DNA of 64,000 nt, taken from assembly GCA_951406725.2 (NCBI GenBank), contig OX597818.1, positions 35,092,001-35,156,000 on the forward strand, read 5' to 3'. The position numbers were made by a program, and so were the translations under genes. Numbering within the stretch: position 1 is the stretch's first letter; each line of letters starts with the position of its first letter. Below the pieces are notes generated by a model that was not told where the DNA came from, searched no databases, and saw only the letters and a list, made by a program, of their open reading frames with translations. Source of the DNA: Octopus vulgaris. Its lineage: Eukaryota. Positions 51,838 through 64,000 of this stretch are shown one piece after another.

Positions 51838-52692
51838 TATTTATTTATATATTTTATTTTTACATTTGAACATCTATGAAAGGAGTAGAATACGATTCAA
51901 CTTTGTTAGTTATTACAGTTCTATATTTAAGAGATGAGGAATTATGTACATTATTTACATTTGACAGATATTTTTCCTCATCTTATGACAGCTTCCATGA
52001 ATCTTCAAGATTCAACAAGTTAACACAGTGTTTCGGTTGATATACCCTTCAGCCTTCATCAGGTGTCTTGGGGAATTGCTCAGCGCCTAAAACATTGTGC
52101 AAAGAATATAAGTAGCGATTGTGATACACACCATGAAGAAATGATCAAGCTCAATAACAATCTATTAAGCAAGAACACTACCCCCAAAACATAATATCCA
52201 CTCCAATTATGAAGAAGAGAGAGGATGAGGCCAATAAACTGTCCACAGTGTCTACCTCGTGTGAAAAGCCTCTCCAAAAAGATACAAAAGATATGCGGCC
52301 CATATGACAGCAGGACAGTATTCAAGAGTAATACAACACTTTGCAAATATCTCCTTCGAGTACAACCACCAATAGAAGAGAATATGACCAAAGACCGCAT
52401 GTACTCCATCCCATTCAACTGTTCAAAGCTGTGACATGAGATATTGATAAATGGGTATAGCTGATCTTGTATGAGAAAATGGAGACCACCTCCCCCTGTG
52501 GGATGAAGTTAAAATAATAGACAGAGAACACCACTGGAAAATACGATAACTAAAAGAAGCAGCACATATGCTAGGACATAACAACCCCCTAAGCAGACCG
52601 AGTGCAGATATGAGCAGCATATGGGAACTGGTATTAAGGAAGGATAGAAAGATAGATTTATAAGCCCTAAAATTCACTCCATAATTACCCAT

Positions 52693-52766
52693 GGGCATAT
52701 GGCGTAGTGGTTAAGAATGCGTGCTACTAACCCCAATCATTCCGAGTTCGATTCCAAGCAGTGACT
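52693..52766 (+). promoter_or_regulatory. tRNA-like Pol III A/B-box cassette inside the PLE 3' region
   Basis: TGGCGTAGTGG at 52700-52710 and GAGTTCGATTCC at 52744-52755. The same cassette is at 8378-8450. Confidence 0.65.
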
Positions 52767-52831
52767 TGAACAATAATAATAATATTGAAGAATACCTTAG
52801 GAATGAGAACCCAGATTTGAAATTTCTCCAA

Positions 52832-52877
52832 GACATCTGATGAAGGCTGGAGGGTATATCAGCCGAAACGTTGTGTT
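52832..52877 (+). ncRNA. Minimal type I hammerhead ribozyme, intact core
   Basis: GACAT-CTGATGA-A-GGCTGG-loop-TCAGCC-GAAA-CGTT-GTGTT. Loop-less ACGT stem III implies dimeric folding. A mutated antisense copy lies at 52022-52068. Confidence 0.65.
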
Positions 52878-55595
52878 AACAGCAGACAAGATGAGGAAAA
52901 ATATCCATCAAATGTAAATAATATAAATAATGTTTGTTAGTTATATTATCATTTTTTCTGAATTTTTAGATTAATCCAGGGTGATGTGTTAGTAGACAAA
53001 AGTTAATGTATTAACTCTAACTTAGCTATTGTTTAATATTATCAAGGTGGCAAGCTGGCAGAAATGTTAGCATGCCAGGTGAAATGGGGTATTTCATCTG
53101 TCTTATGTTCTGAGGTCGACTTTGCCTTTCATCCTGTTGGAGTCGATAAATTAAGTAGCAGTTGAGTACTGGGGTCAATGTAATCGACTGGCCCCTTCCC
53201 CCAAAATTTTGGGCCTTATGGCTTGACTAGAAAAGAATATTATCTGTATTTTTAACAAGCGGAGATGCTGTGCTTCGTGGTTTGGGCAGTAAACTCCGGA
53301 GTGTAAGATTGTGGTTTTGATTGTTGGACTGGACGATGCTTTGCATTCTTGAGCAAAATGCTTCATTTCACTTTATTCCAGTCCACTCAGCTGGTAAAAA
53401 TGAGTTACCCGGCAATGGACTAGTGTCCCATTCAGGGAGTAATATATATGCCAGAGAAACCATAAACAACCTCACCTATGTTCCTTACAGAGTAATATGG
53501 ACTAACCACCATATGCCTAAATGTAATTTGTAGTTTTATTCTAAGTCTGTAACATTGTATATTTACTTAGTGATTCTTTCACCACTGCTTCAGCAAATAC
53601 AGCGAAGTCTGTGCTAGATCACAGAAAAGACACCTAATAATTTAGAAACACCCTGGAAGTTATTTCTTCTACTTGTCAAATAAACAAAAATATCCAATGA
53701 CTATTTTTTTTTTTCCTCATCACATAATTTCATTTGTTTGTTGTTGGATCTAGTTAGACATTTTGATACTGTAAGTAATAATTATGTTAATGCTAACTTA
53801 ACTAATTATATATAACTATGTTATATTTTTGGTTGTGTCCTTTTTGTTGCAAATTCTGTTAAGAATGGCTTTATCTTTCATTCCTTTGGGATCAATATCA
53901 TATAAATAACCCAGTAATGTGTTGAGGTCAATGTTAATTGAATGTATCACTGCTGCTATTAAAAAAAAACTGGCCGTGTTCCTTTGTAAAAAGAAATTGG
54001 TTTAGATTAGCCTTATGATATTGTTTGTAGGGATTGGCTGATAATATCTGCTTCATGTATTTCTCTTGTTATCTTATTGATGTTCCCTTTTCCAAATTTA
54101 ACTATCTTGAAATTTGTGTGTCTCTGATAACAGTTTTGTGTTTATGTGTATGTGTCTATCTATTTAGAGCATTGTGACTGTAAGGTGGTGACAACATTGA
54201 GCTAGTGACTTCTAGGACTTGAGTTTTAATGTTGTCATAGAAATATCATTGTTTATCTCTAGGTCAACACTAGCTGAGAAGAGCTCAAATATGGTGTATT
54301 CCAGTGTTATTTAATCATAGATTTGATGTTGATCCAACAAAGCTATGATCAAATGCTTTTCAGCCATGGCTATTCCATCTTTTTTTTATTTTTGGTTTTG
54401 CAGGCTTACCGTTTTCAAAACAATACTAACGTGTCCTTCCTTTTTTCATAAGACAATAGGATGTGGTTTAAGAGAGAATGAACTGCTACTTTTAGCAGGT
54501 CAAGCTATTGCTTAGAAACTTCTTTCTTGCTTTTAGCAATTTTGTTGACTTTAGGCAAAATTATTACATCACTTTAGTTGTTTGATTCCCCTTAAAACAA
54601 CTACAAGTGGATTAATTCACAATTTAGTTTTGATTCCATGTTGGGTTTTTTTTTTATGTTAATTTGATTTTTTGTTTCTCTCTTTGTTGGGTCAGGAGTG
54701 TGAGGTTGTACTCAAGACCTTCATATGTCCTCTAAGATTGGTGAGATTGATGCAAATAACATTGTTACTATGAATGTGATATCATCATCATCATTGTTTA
54801 TCTTCCATTTCCCATGCTGGTATGAGTTGGATGGTTTGATATGAACAGACAAATTGGAAGACTATAATCAAGCTCTGGCATGGTTTCTATGGCTGGATGC
54901 CCTTCCTTGGGTACTTTTTGTGTTTCACCAGCGGCAGCAGTAAGGCCACTAAGTAACTTGCAAGATAAGACTCTCTCAACTGAAGGGAGTAATACTGAGG
55001 GACAGAAAAGTGTCTTCATTAGAAGCAAGACATGGCTTCCTCAGATGGAGAGGGAGGAGAAAAATGATGATACAACAAAGAGGGAGCAGGGGTCATACAC
55101 CCAAGTTACAGGGTGATATAATTAGTAGAGTGGACTTGGGACTGGAGAAGGTGGGTAGGTGGGTGAGTTCACAAGATTTCGAAAGGAGAGTAGGAATTAG
55201 AGGTGATGGGGGAAAAGACCCTCACCTCTAGTTCTCCCTCATGCGTTATATATAAAGACAATAATTATTTCTAGCATCGGCGCAAAGCCAGAAATTTGAG
55301 AATAAGTCAGTTAAATCAACCCTAATACCCGACAAGCGCTTTGTATTAAACCACAGGAGAAGGAAAAACAAAGTCAACCCTGGAAAAATCCAAACACGAA
55401 ACATAGTGATTTAACCGAATATTGCAAGGTATTGTTGCTTCATGTTCTAAATGCAATGGATATCACTGATTTCCACCAACTGTCTGTCTCTGTCTCAGCT
55501 TCTGTCCATAAACCTACTACTGACCACAATAGTCAAACAAATCTTTCTCTTGCTCCCCTCTTGTATTGCCCACACCTTCTCCTCTCCTCTCTTTA

Positions 55596-55821
55596 TTAAC
55601 CCTTTTGTTACTGTATTTATGTTGAGATGCTCTGTTTCTTTCAATTACTTTAAATATAGCGAAGAATTTAGTAAAATAACTTAGTTATCGTTCAGCTAGT
55701 GCTAGGAACATAAATTGTAACTAAGGTTTGGTGGAAGATTTTAATTCAAAACTTATGACAACAAGACATTTGTACTCAGAGCCAGAGCCGGTTTTAGCTG
55801 GATTGGTAACGAAAGGGTTAA
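55596..55821. mobile_element. piggyBac-like MITE
   Basis: TTAA|CCCTTTTGTTAC...GTAACGAAAGGG|TTAA. Confidence 0.75.
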
Positions 55822-56125
55822 ATAGTCTGAGGAATTGAAAATACATAAACTATCAAAATGTATAAGCAGCAGAAACAAGAGTTATGGAGAAAAAAAGCAA
55901 CAATAACAAAAGGCAAACCCTTTTGTGACAAGTCATAGCTTAAGAGATTAATTCTGATCTTGTAGTGAGGCCTAAGTGCTTCATTGTTTTTCAAACAAAC
56001 CAATACCACTCACTTATGTTTCAAAATATAAGTCGAGTGACCTCTTCAAGCTTTAAGTCTTTCTCTCTTATGATATCCTGTCCTACAGATGTTATGAGAT
56101 GAAGATGAAGTTGCAGCTAAAAATA

Positions 56126-56165
<40 letters not shown>

Positions 56166-57820
56166 TGATGATAATAATAATCTTTTCTGCTGTAGGCACA
56201 AGGCCTGAAATTTTGGGGGAGGAGGCTAGTTGGTTACATGGACCCCAGTGTTTCACTGATACTTGATTTATTGACCCCGAAAAGATGAAGGCAAAATTGA
56301 CCTTGATGGAATTTGAACCCAGAACATAGCAACGGGTGAAATACTGCTAAGTATTTCGTAATGATAATAATAATGGTGATGATCAACAACACCAATTTCT
56401 AATTTAGGTACTAGGCCAGCAATTTGGAGGACAGAAACGGATGCTTATATTGACCTCAGTACTTGACTTGTACTTATTTTATTAGCAGGATTTGAACCTG
56501 AAACATAAGGAGGTTACAATTATTGCAAGATGTTTTGTCCAATGTACTAATGATTCTGCCATAAGATCCTACATGTATAATACAAGAGATTTAAAAGACA
56601 TGTGGAACTGTTTTCTTCTCTCTGAATGTAATAACTCCAAATGTGATAATCTCTGAATCTACTCCATTGAATCTTTCATTCACAAAGAACTAGCTGTTAT
56701 TTTCACAAGAGGTCACCTTTTTTTTTTTTTTTTGTCTTTTTGAGGGGAAATTTCAGTAAACTATCTGTTACACCTTGTTCTGATAACTGATTTGCATAAT
56801 GGAAATGCATTTTATTTTTTCTTCTTACTTGATATTCGCCATAGCTACACAAAGGTACCATATACTCTTTCTACACTGAGAGCCAAAAGTTACTATAAAG
56901 CTTATATGACAGGCTTCTTTCAGTTTCCACTCACAAGGCTTTGGTCGGCCCGAGGCTATAGCAGAAGACACTTGCCCAAGGTGCCACGCAGTGGGACTGA
57001 ACCCGGAACCATGTGGTTGGTAAGCAAGCTACTTACCACACAGCCATATTTTAAAAGCCATAGACATATTTTAAAATCTTTTAATCATTACTTTCCTCAT
57101 AAATATAATTTTAGCTTTGAGTTTATTTTTGTGGATATAAAATCTCTGGATTCTTAACTTTGTTCTTTACATTTTAAAGAATGTATGCTATATGACAATT
57201 TATTGAAGATGTGTAATTTTTGTTCTATCTGGGGGGGTTTCCTAAAATATACAAGTTTTTATTTATATTTTTAAGTAACCTACATTCTTCAAAGTAGTTT
57301 GTGGTCATTGTTTTTAAAAATTGCAGTTGGCCAAGCATGTCCAGAGGGCATCAAACTGCTGATTTGAAACCTGCCCATAGTCCAAAGCTAAGATATTCAG
57401 CTCTGAAATAGTCTGCTCCATCTAAATAAATAGGTCTAGTGAAAGAATTTCTGCGATGAAATCATTCAGAAAACGTCACCCGTAGAGAAATAATATCTAC
57501 ACAGCTGCTCTGCAAATATCATTGAATGACAATGCACACTTAATGTACAATGCATACAACTCAGTTAATTATAGCCCACTGAAGTAAAGAATCTTCTTTT
57601 GAAAGTAATTACATTGGAAACTAAGGTTTTGTGATGGCAGCTTACATTTATTGACTCTGTTATAATTCCCTAAGCTAAAAGATATTGCTAATTAAGTCTC
57701 AAACCCATTATTGTTCCATTTGTTGATGATGCAGTCTTTTATCTATCTGGATTCTTATATCTGCTTAGTCTTTTGTTTCATTTGCACTGCTCATACATCC
57801 ATGCAATAAAGAATTTTGAA

Positions 57821-58300
57821 TCATCATCATCATCGTTTAATGTCCACTTTCCATGCTAGCATGGGTTGGATGATTTGACTGAGGACTAGTGAACCAGATG
57901 GCTGCACCAGGCTCCAATCTGATCTGGCTGAGTTTCTACAGCTCGATGCCCTTCCTAACGCCAACCACCCACTGTGTAGTGGGTGCTTTTATGTGTCACC
58001 GGCACGAGGGCCAGTCAGGCAGTACTGGCAACAGCCACGCTCAAATGGTGCTTTTTATGTGCCACCTACACGAGAGCCAGTCCAGCGGCACTAGCAATGA
58101 CCTCGCTCGAATGTTTTTTCACGTGCCACCAGCAGAAGTGGTAGTAAGATGACGCGAGTAACGATTTTGCTCGAATGGTGTTTTTAACATGCCATCGGCA
58201 TGGAGGCCAGCTTGTTGCTCTGGCAACGATCTCACTCGTATGGTACTCTTAGCGCTCCACCAGCACGGATGCCAGTCATCGAATTTGATTTCGATTTTGA
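57821..58300 (-). mobile_element. SINE-like family D
   Basis: Homology to 3150-3578. Confidence 0.8.
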
Positions 58301-60084
58301 ATATATTGTCTATTTGCTTCAGAATTTAAGGTTTTGTTTTTTTAAATGTTTTTACTATTGTAAAGCAAATTAATAAAATGTGGTTAATGATATGAATTCT
58401 AAGCCTTATCCTGAAATGTGAATTAAGTATTTTTATCTATATATAATGATTTAAATTTATTTAAAGTTTTAGTTTATCAAATATCTGATTTCATTTACTA
58501 AAACTAGTTACAATGATCAAAAATATTCCCTCAGTATACCAAGGGCATGCAAATATTTTTACATTCTTAAAAAATGGGTGATCCACAAAAAGGTTTTTTT
58601 TTCTTTGGTAGTGTTTGCAATTACTGCAGACTGAAGTAATCAACTGTGGATATTTAATATAGCAACGTTGCTTATTCTGCTGACCACAGTATATTCCTTT
58701 ATTAACTGTCTGTAGGAACTGACACTCATCAACATAATTTTATCACATTTGGTGAACAATAGCTTTGCTGGTTACAACAATCACTGATGTACAGCATTTC
58801 TCTTGGTGTGAATAACAAGGGAACATGTGCAACTAGGCGTAGAATAAGTATTGCAATAGACTTCATTTGGAAAGCAAAGGTTTTTTTCTTTTTTTTTCTC
58901 TTAGTAAGAGATACACATGTACTTAATAGCCAGCATGCAACAACCATACTTCCACTGAGAATAGGTGAGAAATGAGAAACATTCAAAGTTGTTTCCCTTG
59001 CTTGCATGGTCAGACAATGTTCTCTACCTCCAAATATTTTTCCTACTCACCATGTTTAACACTACAGTGGTTATTTCCAATGTTGTATGAATTGGAAATA
59101 ATCAAACCTAACATGTACTTATAAACAGTTAGGTTTCTGTGCAATGTTCTCAAAAATTCTGTGCCAAAAACTGGTCAAACTGAGGCTGTAGAAGAACACA
59201 CTTGTCCAAGGTTCTACAGCAGGATTGCTCCTTGGATCCTGTAGTTGCAAAGCAAACTTCTTAATTGCACAGCCATGCCCACATCCTATACACCAAATTC
59301 CAAAAGTTTGACATATTTTTAATTACACTTCTGTTAAATGCTATTTCCTTTTGTCACACCTTAATGCGTGTGTATGTACAGATGAATAAATGTGTTAAAT
59401 GTACAAATACCTACATGCAATCATGTCTGTATATTTTTTTCATCATTGTCCAAACATATTCAGAAGCAATTGATTCTTTTTTTTTTTTTTTATTCATCCC
59501 CTTCTATTTATAATTCCCTCCGAACATTGATCTGTACTAGGTCAACAAATGTTACCGTTCATGTAGGTTTTGCCTATTAGCTGTGCTCAATTGTGTATTA
59601 AACCCTGTTATTTTATTTTGGGTCTCAATTTGTTACGTTTCCCCGTCTATTTTGTTTTGTTTTATTAGTCACCTGCATAATTTTTCTTGTTTATGACAAA
59701 ATAAAATTTCCTACTTTTCTTATATTATATTCTTTTTTTTTTTTAAATGAGATCTGCTTTCAGATCATTTCTTTTTGGTTTTTTTTTCTTAGTTGAAAAT
59801 ATTTACTATTTAAAAAATTTTTCTCTCTTCAGGCAAGTGAAAAAAAAAAAAAAAAGCTAAAAAACAAAAACAAAACCCACCTGTAATACTGCTTGTTTAT
59901 ATTTCAAAATCCTGTGATGGATTATGATCAACCGATTAAATACAACTTAAAATTCATAATTTGGTCTTTCTTAACATTGTTTTTATTACTTATTTTTATA
60001 TTGGTAATACAGAATGGCTGTGTGTTTGAATGTTCTTTGCAAGCATGTTTCCATTCCTCATTGTATGGCACTTTGGGCAAATGT

Positions 60085-60383
60085 GGAGGCACATGGCCTA
60101 GTGGTTAGAGCAGCGGACTCGCAGTCGAGAGATCGTGGGTTCGAATCTCAGACCGGGCGATGTGTGCGTTTAAGAGCGAAACACCTAAGCTCCACGCAGT
60201 TCCGGCAGAAGGTAATGGCGAACTTCTGCTGACTCTTTCGCCACAACTTTCTCTCTTTCCTCCTGCATCTTGGAGCTCACCTGCAATGGACTGGTGTCTT
60301 GTCCAGGTGGGGAACCTATATGCCAAGGAAACCGGGAAACCGGCCCTTATGAGCCAGGCATGGCTCGAAATAGGAATAAACAA
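60085..60383 (+). mobile_element. tRNA-derived SINE family E
   Basis: Perfect 15-bp TSD ACTTTGGGCAAATGT at 60070-60084 and 60384-60398. A/B boxes present. Confidence 0.9.
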
Positions 60384-61469
60384 ACTTTGGGCAAATGTCT
60401 CCTGTCACATGGTCCTAATTAAACTGAAGGCGATATGGATGCATGAATATAAATGCATGTATTGGCACTGGATGAACCAAATTAATGCAGCAAATACCTT
60501 TTAGTATTTAGTTTTGCCAGTCATGTCCTCTTTCACTCACGGTCAACTTGCCGTTATTTTGTTTTTTATGAGATCAATAAAATAAGTGTTGGGCAATTTG
60601 GGTTGATATTTGTGACTTCACCCTTGAAGGCAGTGCTCCAGCATGATTTAGTTCACTGCCCTGAAACCATTGAAAGAAAAAGACAAAAACAAAACATGAT
60701 TTTTCTTTATTTTTTGAATGTTTGTGTGAAGATGATTTAAACAGTTATAAAAAAAAAATAGCCAACTGAAGAATTGTGGCCATCCTGTTTTATTTATTGA
60801 TTAATTGGTGCAGACATGGCTATGTAGTTAAGAATTTTGCTTCTGAACCACATAGCTTTAGGTTCAGTCCCACTGTATGGCATCTTCAGCAAGTATCTTC
60901 CATTATAGCTTTGAGCTGACTAAAGCTTTAAGAGTGATCTTGGTAGACAGAAATTGAAAGAATCTCATTGAATATATATGTATGTACATGTGTGAGTATG
61001 TGTATGTTTGTGTCTCCTTATCTTGGCATCATGTGATTGTCATTCATTTACTATATTCTGCAAAACATGTCAGGCCTTGGGGAAATCTTATCTTGTTTGG
61101 CAGCAGGTGGAGGGTATCTGGCTGCAGAAAACCTTCCTCAATAAATGCCATTTGAATGATGTAAGGATAGATAAGTGGATGTTAAATTGATGAGGATTTC
61201 AGTTACTTTATATAAGTACTCTAATTACTGAGTTTAAAGAAGGAGGCAAAGTTGACCTTGGTAGAATTTGAACTTGGGGTGCAGAGACCTGCACAAGACA
61301 TTCTAACACTCACTGTCTTAATTAGAGAGTTTAATATTAATCAAGTTTTTTTTTTGTAGAATATCCCAGTGATGAAAAGTAAAATTTTCCCATTTTCTGA
61401 TATTTATGAGGGTGGTAGAGACTGGTTATTTCTTTAAAGATTTCACTTTGATGACATGTTCATTCAGTT

Positions 61470-63000
61470 TGTATATTACCAATGGTTTCGTGTGTGAATT
61501 GCAGTCTTCCTAAAGTGTTAGAGCTGCTAAGAATACACTCAAGCATTCTTCAGACCTGACTGGCAACAAAACAATTTCAGAAAAGAATGAGTGAAAAACG
61601 AGGACGAATGTATAGCCCAGGGTTTGTAACTCCGAAAATCTCTTGCCCAGATTTATTCCTTTGTAGAACATTGGGGTGTATGAAGGGAATTTAGGTCAAG
61701 ATAGGAAAACAAATGAAAAATGTTCACAAGGAAATTAAATTAAAGAATAAGGACGGATGTTACTTGTGTTAGTAATAACCATCTGTATATAGCCCACAAA
61801 TTAATACCATTTTAGGTATCCCGTAGGCTTTTATTAAAGTTATAGTTTGTAATACGTCAGCTCATGGTCGAAAAAAAAAACTATAGAAGGAAAAAAATCG
61901 ATATGTAAGAAAGAAACGTGAGAAGTTATCTTTCGTGGTAAAGCAGCTTTCTAGGATAGTGTATGGTGGAGGTTGGACTTACCTGTAGGCCTGTATGAAG
62001 ACATCTGTACCAATTTCATTTCTAGAGTTGAGATTCTTAAAAGTTTTTAAGCTTGAAGAATTTGTATTCTTTCTGCTACGTAAATTCATTTACATAGAAC
62101 GTTAGTTTTCCGAACACACCAAATTGATTTATAGCCAGTTTATCTGCCTGTCTATGATCATACAAGGTTCATCAATGTCATGGTTGTCTGGATGTTTGAA
62201 ATATGATTGTAAAATCTTTCTTTGAGTTGCTCTCAGTCATGCCGATATAACGTTTTTTCTTCACTATTTGATTCAGTACGCCTGAAGTAACCCCTGTCTT
62301 ACATACAACTGACTTGATGTTACATATTATGTCTAAAAGATATTCATTCTTCTCCAAGAACATTTTGAGCCTTCATGTGACACGGGCTTTGATGTTATGA
62401 ACTTCATACTAAGAAGAAGGCATAGCTGACATTCATGGTAGTCTCTCTCTCTCTTTTACTTGTTTCAATCATTTGACTGCGGCCATGCTGGAGCACCGCC
62501 TTTAGTCGAGCAAATCGACCCCCAGGACTTATTCTTTGTAAGCCAAGTACTTATTCTATCAGTCTCTTTTGCCGAACCGCTAAGTGACGGGGAACGTAAA
62601 CACACCAGCATCGGTTGTCAAGCAATGCTAGGGGGGACAAACACACACACACAAGCACACACACATACATATATATATATATACATATATACGATTGATT
62701 ATTATATTGATGATGTGTCAGTAAATGTTTATTCCAAAGTGTCAAGAGTTTCTTCTGTAGATTAGTTTAATGAGAAAGGAGGCTATGATTTTCAGATGCT
62801 TTCCCGAGTCTTTACTTAGCAGTTATGGTTGAGGGAAGAGGAAATATCGATATGTTCTTTTGAAGCCATTATTTAGCAGTGTTCTATTAGGACACTGCTC
62901 TAAGTGATGCTCTAAGAACGAAGTCCACTAAATTACTCTTACAGATGTTCTCTCGCCACTTTGCCATCAAAAATATATTATAAACGTTTGGATCCTCTCC
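61470..63000 (-). mobile_element. Degenerate Penelope-like element interrupted by a family A SINE tail (62452-62695)
   Basis: PPFSLN remnant at about 62760-62780, CNIKSVVCK...KRYIGMTESN GIY-YIG, and a decayed hammerhead core at 61477-61553. Confidence 0.65.
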
Positions 63001-63270
63001 ATTTATTTCTGAGAGTCAGAATTAAAAGTAGAATTTATAAAGAAGAAACTATATTTTATATATTGTTTTTATATAGAGGATGGACAGCGCTTGTTTTTCT
63101 CTGAGCCTCCAATATTAGCAGGAAGAGAATGAGGGAGTTATCTGGAAATTAGGCCTGAACTTTTATAATTATGTTGCTGTTTCAGATCAACAAAACTAAA
63201 AATTTTAAAGATCTACAATTTCATCGTCCATTATTTTCATTTAACCTACAAATATAGTTTTTAAATTTTG

Positions 63271-63470
63271 ACACAAGGTCAGCAATTTCGGGGGAGGGGA
63301 TAAGTCGATTAAATATAGCCCAGTGCTCAACTAGTACCTATTTTATCGACCTAGAAAGAATGAAAAGCAAAGTCGACCTCGGCGGCATTTGAACCCTGGA
63401 CGTAAAGACGGACGAAATGGCGCTAAGCATTTTTACCCGGCATGCTAATGATTCTGCCAGCTCACTGCCC
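63271..63470 (-). mobile_element. SINE family B
   Basis: A/B boxes and central domain. Confidence 0.8.
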
Positions 63471-63749
63471 TATTTAACCTACAATTATAACCAAGAAGGG
63501 TTTCATCAAAGTTTTCTTCTATTATAGCTTTTCAATTTTTATTTCTATTTTTTTATTTTTACTGGTGGGAGTTTTATCTTTGGTAGGTTTAAACCAAGCT
63601 GGGAAGGTCTGAAGTCTAGAATTAGAGAAAATTATACTCACCATAAAAAGCAATGGGAAACAGTATAATAGATGCGGAATGTTGATGGAAGATTCAGTTA
63701 ACTAATGGTTGAGAGAAGTCACAAGATGCTGGAAGCTGAAAACCTACCA

Positions 63750-64000
63750 ATGATGGAACCTACACTCGCCTCCTTATGAGAGCTCAAAATCTCTCGTGGA
63801 AGCGCCATCCAACCAAAATGCAAATATATGGGAAACTACCACCTGTGTCATCTCTTGTGAAAGGTAGGAGAGTCCAGTTTGCTGGACATTGTTGTAGAGC
63901 TGAAAAAGAAGTAATTTCTACTCTTCTCCTCTGGAAGCCATCTACTCAGAGGGTGCACATTCTCCTACCCTGATGTAATCTCCAGGGATACAGGCATCCA
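63750..64000 (+). mobile_element. RTE-group LINE ORF C-terminal fragment, runs off the window
   Basis: DGTYTRLLMRAQNLSWKRHPT...RRVQFAGHCCRA...LLLWKP. Confidence 0.8.

Larger units (their letters stand above)
51914..52932 (+). mobile_element. Penelope-like element, 5'-truncated with inverted terminal arm and degenerate GIY-YIG endonuclease
   Basis: CLPRVKSLSKKIQKICGPYDSRTVFKSNTTL...MYSIPFNC and GDHLPLWDEVKIIDREHHWKIR*LKEAAHM. 12-bp TSD TTTGTTAGTTAT at 51902-51913 and 52933-52944. Confidence 0.85.

Noticed and set aside
60085-60160. tRNA gene
   Set aside because: SINE head continuous with a body, tail and TSD, without a proper acceptor stem. The same applies to the other SINE heads.

Overview
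This is AT-rich, repeat-dense animal genomic DNA. The SINE repertoire looks like an octopus, which is inference from remembered families rather than a search result. One protein-coding gene can be rebuilt by hand on the + strand: a TMEM192 ortholog (lysosomal 4-TM protein, 288 aa). It has six coding exons (11809-11844, 41112-41249, 44979-45204, 47086-47238, 48994-49102, 50009-50213), all GT-AG and phase-consistent, with a 29.3-kb first intron. The rest is mostly transposon-derived: six SINE-like families (named A, B, C, C2, D, E here), two Helitron-like elements, TTAA-flanked piggyBac-like MITEs, foldback elements, CR1/RTE/REL LINE fossils, several Penelope-like elements (PLEs) and microsatellites. 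Almost all ORFs in the supplied track are repeat artefacts. The most notable observations are: a PLE family carrying a tRNA-like Pol III cassette just upstream of a minimal hammerhead ribozyme; a second hammerhead with a greatly extended stem II; a possible spliced divergent minus-strand transcript with an 11-nt microexon; long hairpins and inverted SINE pairs next to TMEM192 exons; and a templated copy of exon-6 sequence inside a PLE. Repeat boundaries were read by eye and are approximate. No clearly new biological system is proven.
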